Source: Oscillospiraceae bacterium (GTDB taxonomy: Bacteria > Bacillota > Clostridia > Oscillospirales > Oscillospiraceae). Taken from it: a DNA stretch of 64,000 nt. Each line of letters opens with the position of its first letter. The stretch's first letter is position 1. The notes beneath the pieces are model-generated. The model searched no databases. It had not been told where the DNA came from and saw only the letters and a program-made list of their open reading frames with translations. The stretch is taken from positions 1,155-65,154 of the forward strand of contig JAAWBD010000093.1 in the NCBI GenBank assembly GCA_022792495.1, read 5' to 3'. The position numbers and the translations under genes are program-made. Shown here piece after piece: positions 46,328 to 56,324 of this stretch.

Positions 46328-48415
46328 TTGGATCGTTTGGGTATTGAAAATCTGTTTTGGATCGGCTTCGTGGGGGGCGCCCTGGCCCTTTTGTTCGCAT
46401 TGATCCAGCTGGGGCGGGTACTCCCCCTCCCCCTGGGGGAGAGCCCTGCCCAGGGCCTCTCCGCCGCCCTCCGCAAGGGAACCAACGCCTATCTGAAATG
46501 GCAGCTTCTCCTCTCCGGCGGCCTTCTCGTCCTGGCCCTGGCCCTGCTGGCAGGACTGTATCTGCTGGAGCTTTTGGAGCTCACCGCCCTGTGCGCCTTT
46601 CTCTCAGGAAGTCTGTGCAGCCTTCTGGTTGGGGCGTCCGCCGCCAAGCTCACCGCCGCCGCGGGTCCCCGGGCCGCCAACGCCGCCGGCGAGCGGCTGG
46701 ACAGGGGGCTGAACGCCGCCCTCTGCGCCGGCTCGGCAGTCAGCTTTCTGGCGGTGGGGCTGGGACTGCTCCATGTCACCGGCTGGTTTTTCCTTCTCCG
46801 CCACCTTCTGGAGCAGGGCCCGGAGGAGACCGCCCTTTCTATGCTCTGCCTTGGTGCGGGGAGCGGCCTGACGGCCCTGCTGCTCCACATGGGCTCCCTT
46901 TTCTCCAGCTCCGCCCGGCTGGCCGGGCGGATGGTGGATCGGGAGATGGGCCTGCCCCCCGACTCCCAGCAAAATCCCGTAGCCATCGCCCTCCGGGTGG
47001 GACATGGGGTTGGCTCCGCCGCGGGAACCGCCGCCGGGATCCACTGGGGCTTTGAATCCTCCCTTCTGGCCGCCTTCACCCTGGGCGCCAACGCCTACAC
47101 TGCCGACGATATGGGGTGGAACGCCCTTCTCTTCCCCCTGGCCACAGCGGCGGCGGGGATCCTGTGCTCCATCATCGCCAGCTTTGCCGTCCCTCCCCGG
47201 GACCGGGGAGACCGGTACTCCCTACCCTGGTCGGTACGGCTTTCCCAGCTTCTGGCCTGTCTGCTCACCGCCGTGGTCTCCTTCCCCCTGTCCTACTTCC
47301 TCACAGGCCGCTGGGATCTGTGCTGGGCGGTGACGGCGGGGCTCACCGCGGGCTTTTTCTCCAGCCTGCTGGGGGAATATTTTACCGCCGACACCTACAA
47401 GCCCGCTCGGGCTCTGGCCCAGACCGCCGAAACCGGCGAGATTCCCGCCCTGATCGGCGCTCTGGGCTCCGGCTTCACCGCCGCCGGTCTGCCCGGACTG
47501 CTCACTGTGGGGAGCCTTGTCACCGGCTTCCTCGTCACCGGCGGGGCCTCCAGTCCGGCCAAGGGCCTGTACGGCATGGCCCTGGCGGTAGTGGGTATGA
47601 CCTCAGTGTGGGGGATATTTCTGGCCTCCTCCCTCTGCGGGCCCATGGGAGATAACGCTGCCGACACCCTCTCCCTTATCGATGATGAGGAGGCCTCCCG
47701 CCGCAGGGCGGACAGTCTGGCCGCCCTGGGCTCCGCCTCCGCCGGCGCCGGCCGGTGCCTGGACGCCCTCCTCACCGCCTCCACGGGGCTTCTCCTTCTC
47801 CTCCATCTCTCCGACCTTCTCCGGCAGGAGAGCGGTCTCTCCCCGGCCCTTCCCGCCCTCCCCCTGGGGGCTCTTCTGGGGGGGCTTGCCGCCCTGTTGT
47901 TCCTGGGGCTGCTCCTCCGGGGCGTCCGCCGCACGGCCCTGTCCGCCGCGGCCCAGGCCCAGGAGCAGTTCCAGGCCTCCGAGGGCCTGCTGGAGGGCGA
48001 CGACGATCCCGACTACGCCGCCTGCGTGAGCCGCTGCGGGAGCCGGGCCCTGGTCTGCTCCCTCCTCCCCTTCCTGCTGGCCCTTCTCTCCCCCCCGGCC
48101 GCCGGCTTCCTTCTGGGGCGCCAGGGACTTCTGGGCTTCCTGGGGGCTCTTCTCCTTCTGACCTTCCTTCTGGGCCCCGCCCTTTCCCTCAGCGGTGGCG
48201 TCCTCAGCGGCGCCCGGCGGTTCGTGGAGAGCGGCAAGCGGGGCGGCCGGGGCTCTGAATGCCACCGCTCCACCCTCCGGGCCGAGGGGGCTCTGGCCCC
48301 CCTTCGGGACGTGGCCGGCCCCGCCCTGGTGGCCTTCCTGCGGCTGGCTCTCTCCGCCGCCCTGGTTTGCTGGATCGCCCTCCAAGCCTGTGACCTGCCC
48401 AGCCTGCTGGGCTGA
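46328..48415 (+). CDS. Membrane pyrophosphatase (HppA) homologue with degenerate catalytic motifs
   Basis: Collinear with HppA (GTNAYLKWQ, EYFT..YKP, GLYGMALA, GPMGDNA, PDYAACV, GGRGSECH) but the acidic motifs are lost; start may be 46337. Confidence 0.85.
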   Translation: MDRLGIENLFWIGFVGGALALLFALIQLGRVLPLPLGESPAQGLSAALRKGTNAYLKWQLLLSGGLLVLALALLAGLYLLELLELTALCAFLSGSLCSLLVGASAAKLTAAAGPRAANAAGERLDRGLNAALCAGSAVSFLAVGLGLLHVTGWFFLLRHLLEQGPEETALSMLCLGAGSGLTALLLHMGSLFSSSARLAGRMVDREMGLPPDSQQNPVAIALRVGHGVGSAAGTAAGIHWGFESSLLAAFTLGANAYTADDMGWNALLFPLATAAAGILCSIIASFAVPPRDRGDRYSLPWSVRLSQLLACLLTAVVSFPLSYFLTGRWDLCWAVTAGLTAGFFSSLLGEYFTADTYKPARALAQTAETGEIPALIGALGSGFTAAGLPGLLTVGSLVTGFLVTGGASSPAKGLYGMALAVVGMTSVWGIFLASSLCGPMGDNAADTLSLIDDEEASRRRADSLAALGSASAGAGRCLDALLTASTGLLLLLHLSDLLRQESGLSPALPALPLGALLGGLAALLFLGLLLRGVRRTALSAAAQAQEQFQASEGLLEGDDDPDYAACVSRCGSRALVCSLLPFLLALLSPPAAGFLLGRQGLLGFLGALLLLTFLLGPALSLSGGVLSGARRFVESGKRGGRGSECHRSTLRAEGALAPLRDVAGPALVAFLRLALSAALVCWIALQACDLPSLLG

Positions 48416-48428
48416 GCCTTTTTTCCAT

Positions 48429-48491
48429 CAAGAAAAACGCCGGGGCTTCCCCGGCGTTTTTCTTGCATCGGGATCGGACATCCTGTATAAT
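48429..48491 (+). promoter_or_regulatory. Terminator hairpin overlapping the promoter of the metal ABC operon
   Basis: caagaaaaacgccgggg-cttc-cccggcgtttttcttg; TTGCAT(48463)-17-TATAAT. Confidence 0.7.
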
Positions 48492-48514
48492 GAACCAAAA
48501 AGGAGGCAAATGCA

Positions 48515-49465
48515 GTGAAACGACTCTGGATCGCCCTGCTTCTGGCGGGGCTCCTGGCCCTGCCGGGCTGCGGACAGTCCTCTCCTGGGGAGGAGGACTC
48601 CCTCCGGCTCCTCTGCTCCACCTACCCGGTCTACCTCTTCACCACCGCCCTCACCCAGGAGATGGAGGGGGTGGAGGTGACCCTGCTGATCAACTCCCAG
48701 ACCTCCTGCCTCCACGACTACACCCTGACAGTAAAGGACATGAGGGCCATTGAAGCCGCCGACGTGATCCTCCTAAACGGCGCGGGGCTGGAGGATTTCA
48801 TGGCCGATGCCCTCAGCCAGTCCCACGCGGCGGTCATTGACTGCTCGAAAAATATGGAGCTGCTTCCCCCTCTGGAGCACCACGACCACGAGGGGCACGA
48901 CCACGGGGAGGAATATGACCCCCACTACTGGATGGATCCCCGTCGGGCGGCGGGGATGGTCAAGACCATCGCCGACGGCCTCGCCGCCCTGGATCCCGCC
49001 CACAAGGAATCCTATGGCCAGAGATGGATCTCCATCTATGACCGCATGGGGGGCATGGCGCAGGATTTGGACATCGCTCAGCTCGTGCTGGTCGATGCCG
49101 CAGGAAGCGCCCTTCCCCTGGAGGAGCTGTGCACCACCGACAAGCTCATCACCTTTCACGATGGGTTTCAATACTTTGCCCAAGCCTTCGGCTTGGAGCT
49201 TCTCAAGGCTATTGAGGAGGAGGAAGGCTCCACCGCCTCGGCCGCTGAGATAAAGGAGATCGTGGCCCTCGTCAAGGAATATGACATCCCCGCCATCTTT
49301 GTGGAGAAAAACGGCTCCCGGGCCACGGCGGAGGTCATCGCCCGGGAGACAGGCTGCGAGATCTACGAGCTGGACATGCTCATGTCCGGTACCGGAACAG
49401 GCGTCCAGCCCTATCTCGACGCTATGCTCTCCAACCTGAACACCCTTCTGGAGGCTTTCTCATGA
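48515..49465 (+). CDS. Zn/Mn ABC transporter substrate-binding lipoprotein (ZnuA/AdcA-like)
   Basis: Lipobox LPGC, LHDY, His-rich loop, DPHYW, FHDGFQY. Confidence 0.93.
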   Translation: MKRLWIALLLAGLLALPGCGQSSPGEEDSLRLLCSTYPVYLFTTALTQEMEGVEVTLLINSQTSCLHDYTLTVKDMRAIEAADVILLNGAGLEDFMADALSQSHAAVIDCSKNMELLPPLEHHDHEGHDHGEEYDPHYWMDPRRAAGMVKTIADGLAALDPAHKESYGQRWISIYDRMGGMAQDLDIAQLVLVDAAGSALPLEELCTTDKLITFHDGFQYFAQAFGLELLKAIEEEEGSTASAAEIKEIVALVKEYDIPAIFVEKNGSRATAEVIARETGCEIYELDMLMSGTGTGVQPYLDAMLSNLNTLLEAFS

Positions 49466-50232
49466 GTATTCACGACCATAACAGCTGCCCCGGCCACGGC
49501 TGCGAGGGGCTGTGCTGCCTGGAGCTGAAGGACGTAGGGGTCTCCATGGGCGGCCAGGAGCTGCTGCGCTCCATCTCCCTCCACCTCCACTGCGGAGAGA
49601 TCGTGGCCCTGATCGGCCCCAACGGGGCGGGGAAATCCACCCTCTTCAAGACCATCCTGGGCCAGCTGCCCCACTCCGGCGACCTCCAGTTCCACCGCTC
49701 CGACGGGAAGCGGAGCCGTCCCATCATCGGCTACGTCCCCCAATCCCCCGCCTTTGACCGGGGGGATCCGGTAAGCGTGCTGGACTTTCTTTCCGCCGCC
49801 ATCGCCGATTGGCCTGTGTTCCTCCCCATCCCCGGCAAGCTGCGCCGGCAGGTGGGGCTCTGCCTGGAGCGCACCCACGCCCAGGGGCTTCTGGACAAGC
49901 GGATCGGTGCCCTGTCCGGCGGGGAGCTCCAGCGGGTTCTCATGGCTTTGGCTCTGGAGCCCCTGCCCCACATCCTTATCCTGGACGAGCCCCTCTCCGG
50001 GGTGGACGTGGAGGGGGAGCGGCAGCTTTTGGACATGCTGGATGAGCTGCGGAAAACCTACGACCTCTCCATCCTCCTCTCCACCCATGATTTCGCCACC
50101 TTGGAGGGATACGCCGACAAGGTGATCCTGCTGAAAAACACCGTCCTGAAGCAGGGCTCCCCCACCCAGGTGCTGGGCAGCCCGGAGTTCCAGGATGTGT
50201 TCCATCTGCGGATGGGAAGGGAGGGCTTGTAA
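49462..50232 (+). CDS. Metal ABC transporter ATPase
   Basis: GPNGAGKST, LSGGELQR, LDEP; His/Cys-rich N-terminus. Confidence 0.94.
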   Translation: MSIHDHNSCPGHGCEGLCCLELKDVGVSMGGQELLRSISLHLHCGEIVALIGPNGAGKSTLFKTILGQLPHSGDLQFHRSDGKRSRPIIGYVPQSPAFDRGDPVSVLDFLSAAIADWPVFLPIPGKLRRQVGLCLERTHAQGLLDKRIGALSGGELQRVLMALALEPLPHILILDEPLSGVDVEGERQLLDMLDELRKTYDLSILLSTHDFATLEGYADKVILLKNTVLKQGSPTQVLGSPEFQDVFHLRMGREGL

Positions 50233-51074
50233 TGGAGCTGTGGTACTCTCTTGTAGAGCTGCTGCCCTTTGAGTGGGCCCAGTCGGGGCAGATGTTTTTC
50301 ATGAAGAACGCCCTTTTGGCGGTGCTGGTCATCTCCCCCCTGTTCGGACTGCTCTCCACCATGGTGGTGCAAAGCCGGATGAGCTTTTTCTCCGACGCCC
50401 TGGGCCACTCCGCCTTCACCGGGGTGGCCATCGGCGTCCTGTGCGGTCTGCAGGAGCCCCTTTGGGCGGCGGTGGCCTTCGCCCTTCTCTTCTCCCTCCT
50501 TTTCACCTGGGTGCGCCGCCGCTCCGACCTGGCCAGCGACACCGTTATCGGGGTGTTCTCCTCCACCGCAGTGGCCCTGGGCATCTTCATAGCCACCCTG
50601 GACGGGGGCTCCTTCACCAAGTTCAACTCTCTTCTTGTGGGGGATATTCTGAGCGTGGAGCCTCGTAAGATCCTCCTTCTCGCCGCCATTTTGGGGGTGA
50701 TCCTGGTGCTGTGGCTCTGCGCCTACAACACCCTCCTCCTCTCCGCCCTTCACCCCGCCCTGGCGGACAGCCGGGGGATCCGGGTCTTTTGGCAGGAGGC
50801 CGTCCTCAATGCTGCCATCGCCCTGGTGGTCACTGTCTCCATGACCTGGGTGGGCCTTCTGGTCATCAACTCCCTGCTGGTGCTCCCCGCCGCGGGGGCC
50901 CGGTGCGTAGCCCGAAATACCCGCCAGTACCACCTCTTCTCCGTCCTGGGCGCTGTGGTCTGTGGATTGGCTGGGCTCATGACCTCCTATTACGCCGGTG
51001 CCTCTGCGGGAGCCTCCATCACCCTATACCTGGCCCTTTTCTTCACCGTCTCCATGATCCTGAAAAAACACTAA
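50232..51074 (+). CDS. Metal ABC transporter permease
   Basis: SFFSDALGHSAFTG, DTVIG, LLVGDIL. Confidence 0.94.
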   Translation: MELWYSLVELLPFEWAQSGQMFFMKNALLAVLVISPLFGLLSTMVVQSRMSFFSDALGHSAFTGVAIGVLCGLQEPLWAAVAFALLFSLLFTWVRRRSDLASDTVIGVFSSTAVALGIFIATLDGGSFTKFNSLLVGDILSVEPRKILLLAAILGVILVLWLCAYNTLLLSALHPALADSRGIRVFWQEAVLNAAIALVVTVSMTWVGLLVINSLLVLPAAGARCVARNTRQYHLFSVLGAVVCGLAGLMTSYYAGASAGASITLYLALFFTVSMILKKH

Positions 51075-51090
51075 GGAGGCTCTCCCCTTC

Positions 51091-51921
51091 ATGTTTACCG
51101 ATTACCATGTGCACACCGCCTTCAGCGACGACTCGGTCTATCCCCTGCCCCAGGTGATCCAGGACGCCATCGCCATGGGAATGGAGGAGATCTGCCTCAC
51201 CGACCATGTGGACTACGGGATCAAGGTGGATCCAGACTCCGGCCAGGAGATCCCCCGCTGGAACGGCTACCTCCTGGCCAACACCGACTACCCCAGGTAT
51301 GAGGCCGCCATCCAGGAATCCCGCCGCCAGTACGGCCACCGGATCCGGATCAAAATGGGCCTGGAGTTCGGGATGCAGCTCCACACCATCCCCCAGTTTG
51401 AGGCGCTCTTCCGCCGCTACCCCTTCGATTTCGTCCTTCTGTCCATCCACCAGATCGAGAACAGGGTATTCTGGAACCAGGATTTTCAGCAGGGCAAGAC
51501 CCAGCGGGAGGCCCACCTGCGCTATTATGAGGAGATGCTGGAGCTGGTGCGCCGCTACAAAAATTACAGTGTCCTGGGTCATGTGGATCACCTCGTCCGC
51601 TATGACAGGGAGGGCCCCTGCCCCTTCGAGACCATCAGCCCCCTCCTCACCGAGATCTTCCGCCAGGTCATCGCTGACGGCAAGGGCATTGAGCTGAATA
51701 CCTCCTACCGCCGCTACGGCCTGCCCGACTCCACCCCCGCCCGCCCCATCCTGGAGCTCTACCGGGATCTGGGGGGCCGCATCCTCACCCTGGGCAGCGA
51801 CAGCCACAAGCCCGAGCACCTGGGAACCTATATCCGGGAAGGCCGGGAGCTTCTAAAAAGCCTGGGCTTTCGGGAATTCTGCACCTTTGAGAAAATGGAG
51901 CCCACCTTTCACCCCCTCTGA
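51091..51921 (+). CDS. PHP-family histidinol-phosphatase (HisJ/HisK-like)
   Basis: DYHVHT, TDH, GLE, GHVD, ELNTS, GSDSH. Confidence 0.9.
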   Translation: MFTDYHVHTAFSDDSVYPLPQVIQDAIAMGMEEICLTDHVDYGIKVDPDSGQEIPRWNGYLLANTDYPRYEAAIQESRRQYGHRIRIKMGLEFGMQLHTIPQFEALFRRYPFDFVLLSIHQIENRVFWNQDFQQGKTQREAHLRYYEEMLELVRRYKNYSVLGHVDHLVRYDREGPCPFETISPLLTEIFRQVIADGKGIELNTSYRRYGLPDSTPARPILELYRDLGGRILTLGSDSHKPEHLGTYIREGRELLKSLGFREFCTFEKMEPTFHPL

Positions 51922-51922
51922 C

Positions 51923-51961
51923 AAAAAACCGTCCGGCCTTGTTGGGCCGGACGGTTTTTCT
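51923..51961. terminator. Bidirectional terminator
   Basis: aaaaaaccgtccggcc-N-ggccggacggttttt. Confidence 0.85.
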
Positions 51962-53491
51962 TTATCTTTTTTCCAGGCTCTCCGTTGAGGCGGCCACATC
52001 TCCGGCGAGCCTCTCCCCCTTCTTGGGCAGAGTGGCCAGGTAATTTTCGATCCCCTTCGCCGTCCCCTGGGCGATCTTTTCCTGGTACTCCGGCTTCACC
52101 AGCATCTCCAGCTCCTCGTGGCAGGACATGAAGCCCATCTCCAGCAGGGCCGCAGGCATGTAGGTCTCCCGAAGCACCACATAATCATTGGTCAGCAGCC
52201 CCCGGTCGATGGAGCCCGCCGCCGCCACCACCGCCCGCTGGATACACCCCGCCAGTCTCTCCCCCTCCACGCTGTTGGGGTAGGAGTAAGTAAAAGTCCC
52301 CTGGAAATCCGGCTTGACCTCGCTGGCATTGGCGTGGATGGAGACAAAGATATCCCCCTTGGCGTTGTTGGCAATATCGCACCGGTCATAGAGATCCACG
52401 TACACGTCCTCGCTGCGGGTCAGGATCACGTTGTATCCCTTCTCCCGCAGCAGCTGAGCCACCCGAAGGGTGACCGGGAGGGTGATATCCTTCTCCCGCA
52501 CCTCCTCGTATTTGGCCCCGTCGGCGCTCCCCCCGTGGCCCGCATCCAGCACCACCGTGAAGGCGGTGGGATCCTGAACCGGGCTTTCAGGCAGCTCCGC
52601 CCCGGTCTCCGGTGGCTTTACCGACACCACCACCGCCTGAAGGTTGGCGTCCCCCATCACGGTCACGTTCTCCCCATACCTGCACCCCCGGGCCAGATCC
52701 AGCACCACCCGGGTGAGCTTCTCCTCCCGGGGGTCAATATCGCTGTCATGCTGGGCATACCGCACCCGGCTCACCACTGGATTTTCCGGCCGCAGAACCC
52801 CATCCTCGCCGCTGGCGATCACCACCCCGGGAAGGTCGATGGCCACCCGGTCTCCCAGGTCGGTGACCCGGTACTCCGGCCCCCCGCTGAGATAGATGGT
52901 AATGGTCTGGGCGTTGTCGTCGGCAGCGATCCGGGTCAGCCGGTTCCGGGCCGGCCGGAGCTGGGCGCCGGGGGCGGTCACCAGGGCGGCGTAGGCGTCA
53001 TTATCCCATTCCACCTGGGCGTGGAGCTGCTCGGATACGAACCGCAGGGGCACCAGAGTCCTCTCCCCGCCCCCATACCGGGCGGCTACCGCCGGCACCC
53101 CACCGGGCAGGGTCATCTCCTGCCCATTCACCTGGGCCACAGCGGAGCCCAAGGTCAGCAGCACCCGATCCTCTCCTGTCCGGATCTCCACCTGCCGCTC
53201 CTTGGCCAGCCAGCTCACCTCCGCCCCCAAGGCCTCAGCGATGGGCCGGACGGGGATCATCGTCCGGTGATCCGTCCCATTCACCGTCTGGGAGATGGCG
53301 GGCAGCTCTGAGGTCATAGGCTCCCCGTTGAGCACCACATTCACCACCTCGGCCACCCCCTCCGGGCCGTAGGTCATGGTCTCCTCATCGTGGAAGGCCA
53401 CCGTCACCTTGTCCGGCACAACGGCCAGGGCCGGAACCCCCCAGCCCAGGATCAGCGCCAGAGCGCAAAAAAACAACATCAGCTTTTTCAT
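51962..53491 (-). CDS. N-acetylmuramoyl-L-alanine amidase with copper-amine-oxidase N-terminal and AMIN-like domains
   Basis: Signal peptide, TLVPLRFVSE, LDAGHGG, FVSIHAN, LLEMGF. Confidence 0.93.
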   Translation of the reverse strand: MKKLMLFFCALALILGWGVPALAVVPDKVTVAFHDEETMTYGPEGVAEVVNVVLNGEPMTSELPAISQTVNGTDHRTMIPVRPIAEALGAEVSWLAKERQVEIRTGEDRVLLTLGSAVAQVNGQEMTLPGGVPAVAARYGGGERTLVPLRFVSEQLHAQVEWDNDAYAALVTAPGAQLRPARNRLTRIAADDNAQTITIYLSGGPEYRVTDLGDRVAIDLPGVVIASGEDGVLRPENPVVSRVRYAQHDSDIDPREEKLTRVVLDLARGCRYGENVTVMGDANLQAVVVSVKPPETGAELPESPVQDPTAFTVVLDAGHGGSADGAKYEEVREKDITLPVTLRVAQLLREKGYNVILTRSEDVYVDLYDRCDIANNAKGDIFVSIHANASEVKPDFQGTFTYSYPNSVEGERLAGCIQRAVVAAAGSIDRGLLTNDYVVLRETYMPAALLEMGFMSCHEELEMLVKPEYQEKIAQGTAKGIENYLATLPKKGERLAGDVAASTESLEKR

Positions 53492-53718
53492 GGAAAAACT
53501 CCTCGGAAGTTTCGACAGTTTATCCCTATTTTAGCGGCTCTCCCCCAACCTTGTCAATGGAATTGGCTGGAAATCCCCCGGCTGAACTTTCCCCTTCGAT
53601 GTACCAAAACGTACAACCTTTCCCCCTTTTCCCCCTGCCATAACGGGGACAGCTCCCGCCCCTCCGCACAAAAAAAGCCGCGCTGTACCCCCGTACAGCG
53701 CGGTCCCTACCTTCTCTG

Positions 53719-54474
53719 TCACATCATATTTCTCGCCTTTTTGTCCCGCACATAGATATGCTTCACATTGGCCGCACTGGTGGGTCTGGCGTCGATCTCA
53801 AACCGGTCGATGGACTTCACCAGGGTGGTCAGCTTCTCAAACCCATAGTTCCGGGGGTCAAAATCCGGCTGCTTCCGAGGCAGGATATTCCCCAGCTCCC
53901 CCATAAAGGCCCAGCCGTCCTCGTCGGACACGTCCTGAACGGCGGAGGCGATAAGCCGCACCACCTTCTGGGGGATGGCCTTCCGGACGGCGGGGGCGGG
54001 ACTTTCCTTCTCCTTCACCCCAGGTTTGGCCTCCTTCCCCCGGATCACCTCCACATAGATGAACTTGTCGCAGGCGGCGATAAAGGGCAGGGGGGTCTTT
54101 TTCTCCCCGATGCCATAGACCTTCTTCCCCGCCTCCCGCAGCCGCAGGGCCAGTCGGGTAAAATCGGAGTCGCTGCTCACCAGCACGAAGCCGTCCACCG
54201 GCTGGGAGTAGAGGATGTCCATAGCGTCGATGATCATAGCCGAGTCGGTGGAGTTCTTCCCCGTGGTGTAGCTGTACTGCTGCACCGGGATCAGGGCGTT
54301 CTCCAGCATCAGGGGCTTCCAGGACTCCATGTTGTTCATGGCCCAGTCCCCGTAGATCCGCTTGATAGTGGGGGTGCCGTACTTCACGCACTCCTCCATG
54401 ATCTCCTTGATGGCGGTGCGGGGCGCGTTATCCCCGTCGATAAGGACGGCGATGCGGAAGCTGTCGTTCTCCAT
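53719..54474 (-). CDS. NYN-domain (LabA/DUF88) protein with C-terminal OST-HTH/LOTUS domain
   Basis: LIDGDN, IYGDW, KNSTD, SSDSDF, FDPRNYGF. Confidence 0.92.
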   Translation of the reverse strand: MENDSFRIAVLIDGDNAPRTAIKEIMEECVKYGTPTIKRIYGDWAMNNMESWKPLMLENALIPVQQYSYTTGKNSTDSAMIIDAMDILYSQPVDGFVLVSSDSDFTRLALRLREAGKKVYGIGEKKTPLPFIAACDKFIYVEVIRGKEAKPGVKEKESPAPAVRKAIPQKVVRLIASAVQDVSDEDGWAFMGELGNILPRKQPDFDPRNYGFEKLTTLVKSIDRFEIDARPTSAANVKHIYVRDKKARNMM

Positions 54475-54486
54475 ATTTCTCCCCCT

Positions 54487-55296
54487 TTAGTCGCTGACCA
54501 CAAAGTGGCTGAACCGGAGCATCTCGAACCAGTCATCGGAGGAGAACACCACGTTCTTTTCATCCTCCAGCACCGCCCCGGGGTAGAAGCTCTTAGAGTA
54601 GGCCGTCCTATGCTCCCGGAACCGAACGGTCATCTCAAAGAAGTCGGGCAGAGCCACCTGGCACTTCTTGGCGTTCTTCACCGCCTTCTTGGCCCCCTCC
54701 CGGATGGCCTTCACCGCCGCCTCGGGATGGATGGACAGAGTGGCGCCCCCCCGCCCCTCAAAAACAGGGACAGTGGTGATCCCGGGGATCAGCTCCTCGG
54801 CAAAATCGCACAGCGCCTTGTCCCCGGACAGGAATACCACCGGCACCCCGTAGTACCCGGCTGTGTAGGCGTTCATCATAAACTCGCTCATCCGCACCCC
54901 GTTGAGGGTGACGAACTCATTCTGCCGGTTCATGGTGTGGCTCAGGGGGTTTCCTCCGCTGGCAGCCCAGGCGTGGTAGCCGGTAAAGAGCACCGCCCCA
55001 AAGTCCCCCGTATCCAGCCCGCTCATCATACTCAGGGGATCCCCCACCCAGCCCCGGAGGATCCGGGCGCTCTCGGGAAGGGCCCCGGGCTCAATGTTCC
55101 GGGCGGAGTCGTGGGCGTCCCGGACGAAGAGCTGGGCGGCCTTGTCCGCCGCCAGCACCCCCTCGCAGCAGGCCGCCACCTCCCGGGTCATCTGCTTCTG
55201 ATAGGGGACATAATCCTGGGGAGTGGAACGCTCGGTCTCCGGCCAGGCGGCGATACCGCAGGTTCCCTCAATATCCGCGCTGATAAATACATTCAT
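54487..55296 (-). CDS. M55-family D-aminopeptidase (DppA-like)
   Basis: SADIEG, DAHDS, GYHA, LSHT, LSGD. Confidence 0.92.
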   Translation of the reverse strand: MNVFISADIEGTCGIAAWPETERSTPQDYVPYQKQMTREVAACCEGVLAADKAAQLFVRDAHDSARNIEPGALPESARILRGWVGDPLSMMSGLDTGDFGAVLFTGYHAWAASGGNPLSHTMNRQNEFVTLNGVRMSEFMMNAYTAGYYGVPVVFLSGDKALCDFAEELIPGITTVPVFEGRGGATLSIHPEAAVKAIREGAKKAVKNAKKCQVALPDFFEMTVRFREHRTAYSKSFYPGAVLEDEKNVVFSSDDWFEMLRFSHFVVSD

Positions 55297-56045
55297 ACCG
55301 TTTCTCTCCCCTTCTCGATGTAGGCTTCCACCTCCTGGAGCTGCTCCAGGGTGTTGACCCCCAGCATCTCCTGGGCCGTGCAGGCGGCGCAGACCCCCAC
55401 CTTCTCCCCCTGGCCCACCAGCCACGCCGGGGCGTCGGTGAGATAATACTCCCCCTGGGCGTTGTTGGGCCGCAGGGTGGTGAGCGACCGCCACAGGGAT
55501 CTTGCGTCAAATACATAGACCGAAGTGTTGATCTCACAGATCTCCTTCTCTTCCGCCGTGCAGTCCTGATCCTCCACGATGCGGGCGAAGCCTCCCTGGG
55601 CGTTGCGGACGATCCGTCCCATGGGCATGGGCTTCTCGGCCACGGCGGCCAGGATGGTGCACACGTTGCCCTCGGCCCGGTGCTGGGCCACCAGGGCCTC
55701 ATAGGCCCGGCGGGGCAGCAGGGGCATATCTCCAGCGGCGATGAGGATATCCCCCTCAAAGCCCTTCATGGCCCCCTCGGCGCACTGCACCGCGTGTCCC
55801 GTCCCCAGCTGGGGGCATTGGAAAACCTTGGGGTAACCCGGGAAGGCGGCGGCCACCTTCTCCCCCTCATAGCCCACCACCAGCAGGATATCCCGGCTCT
55901 CCAAAAAGCCCAGCTCCTCCAGCACATACCCCAGCAGCGGCCGCCCGGCGGCCACCCGGAGCACCTTGGGCAGATCCACCCCCTCGGTGCGCAGCCGTGT
56001 CCCCTTCCCCGCGGCAAGAACGATGGCCTTGATCCCCTTTTCCAT
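55293..56045 (-). CDS. Nucleotidyltransferase, GlmU N-terminal domain only
   Basis: LAAGKGTR, PKVL, QLGTGHAV, GDMP, NNAQGEYYLTD; no acetyltransferase hexapeptide domain. Confidence 0.9.
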   Translation of the reverse strand: MEKGIKAIVLAAGKGTRLRTEGVDLPKVLRVAAGRPLLGYVLEELGFLESRDILLVVGYEGEKVAAAFPGYPKVFQCPQLGTGHAVQCAEGAMKGFEGDILIAAGDMPLLPRRAYEALVAQHRAEGNVCTILAAVAEKPMPMGRIVRNAQGGFARIVEDQDCTAEEKEICEINTSVYVFDARSLWRSLTTLRPNNAQGEYYLTDAPAWLVGQGEKVGVCAACTAQEMLGVNTLEQLQEVEAYIEKGRETV

Positions 56046-56324
56046 GGACAGATCCCCTCCTCCAAATATTTTCAATGGATAGACCCAGTATACCACACCG
56101 GGAAATTTTTTCAATGAAAAAGACGTCTCTTTTCCCCATCCTCCCCAAAATATCCCTCTCTATCCCAGCCACCCGTTATAGTAGGCCGCCAGGATCCCCC
56201 ATTCTCCCTTCCCTTTTCATTTCCTTGATTTTATCACAGGGGCCACACGCCGTCAATCCGACCCTTTGCTTTTCCCCGCCCCATGTGGTATACTTTCCCA
56301 AAATCCATACAGGAGGGATCCCCC

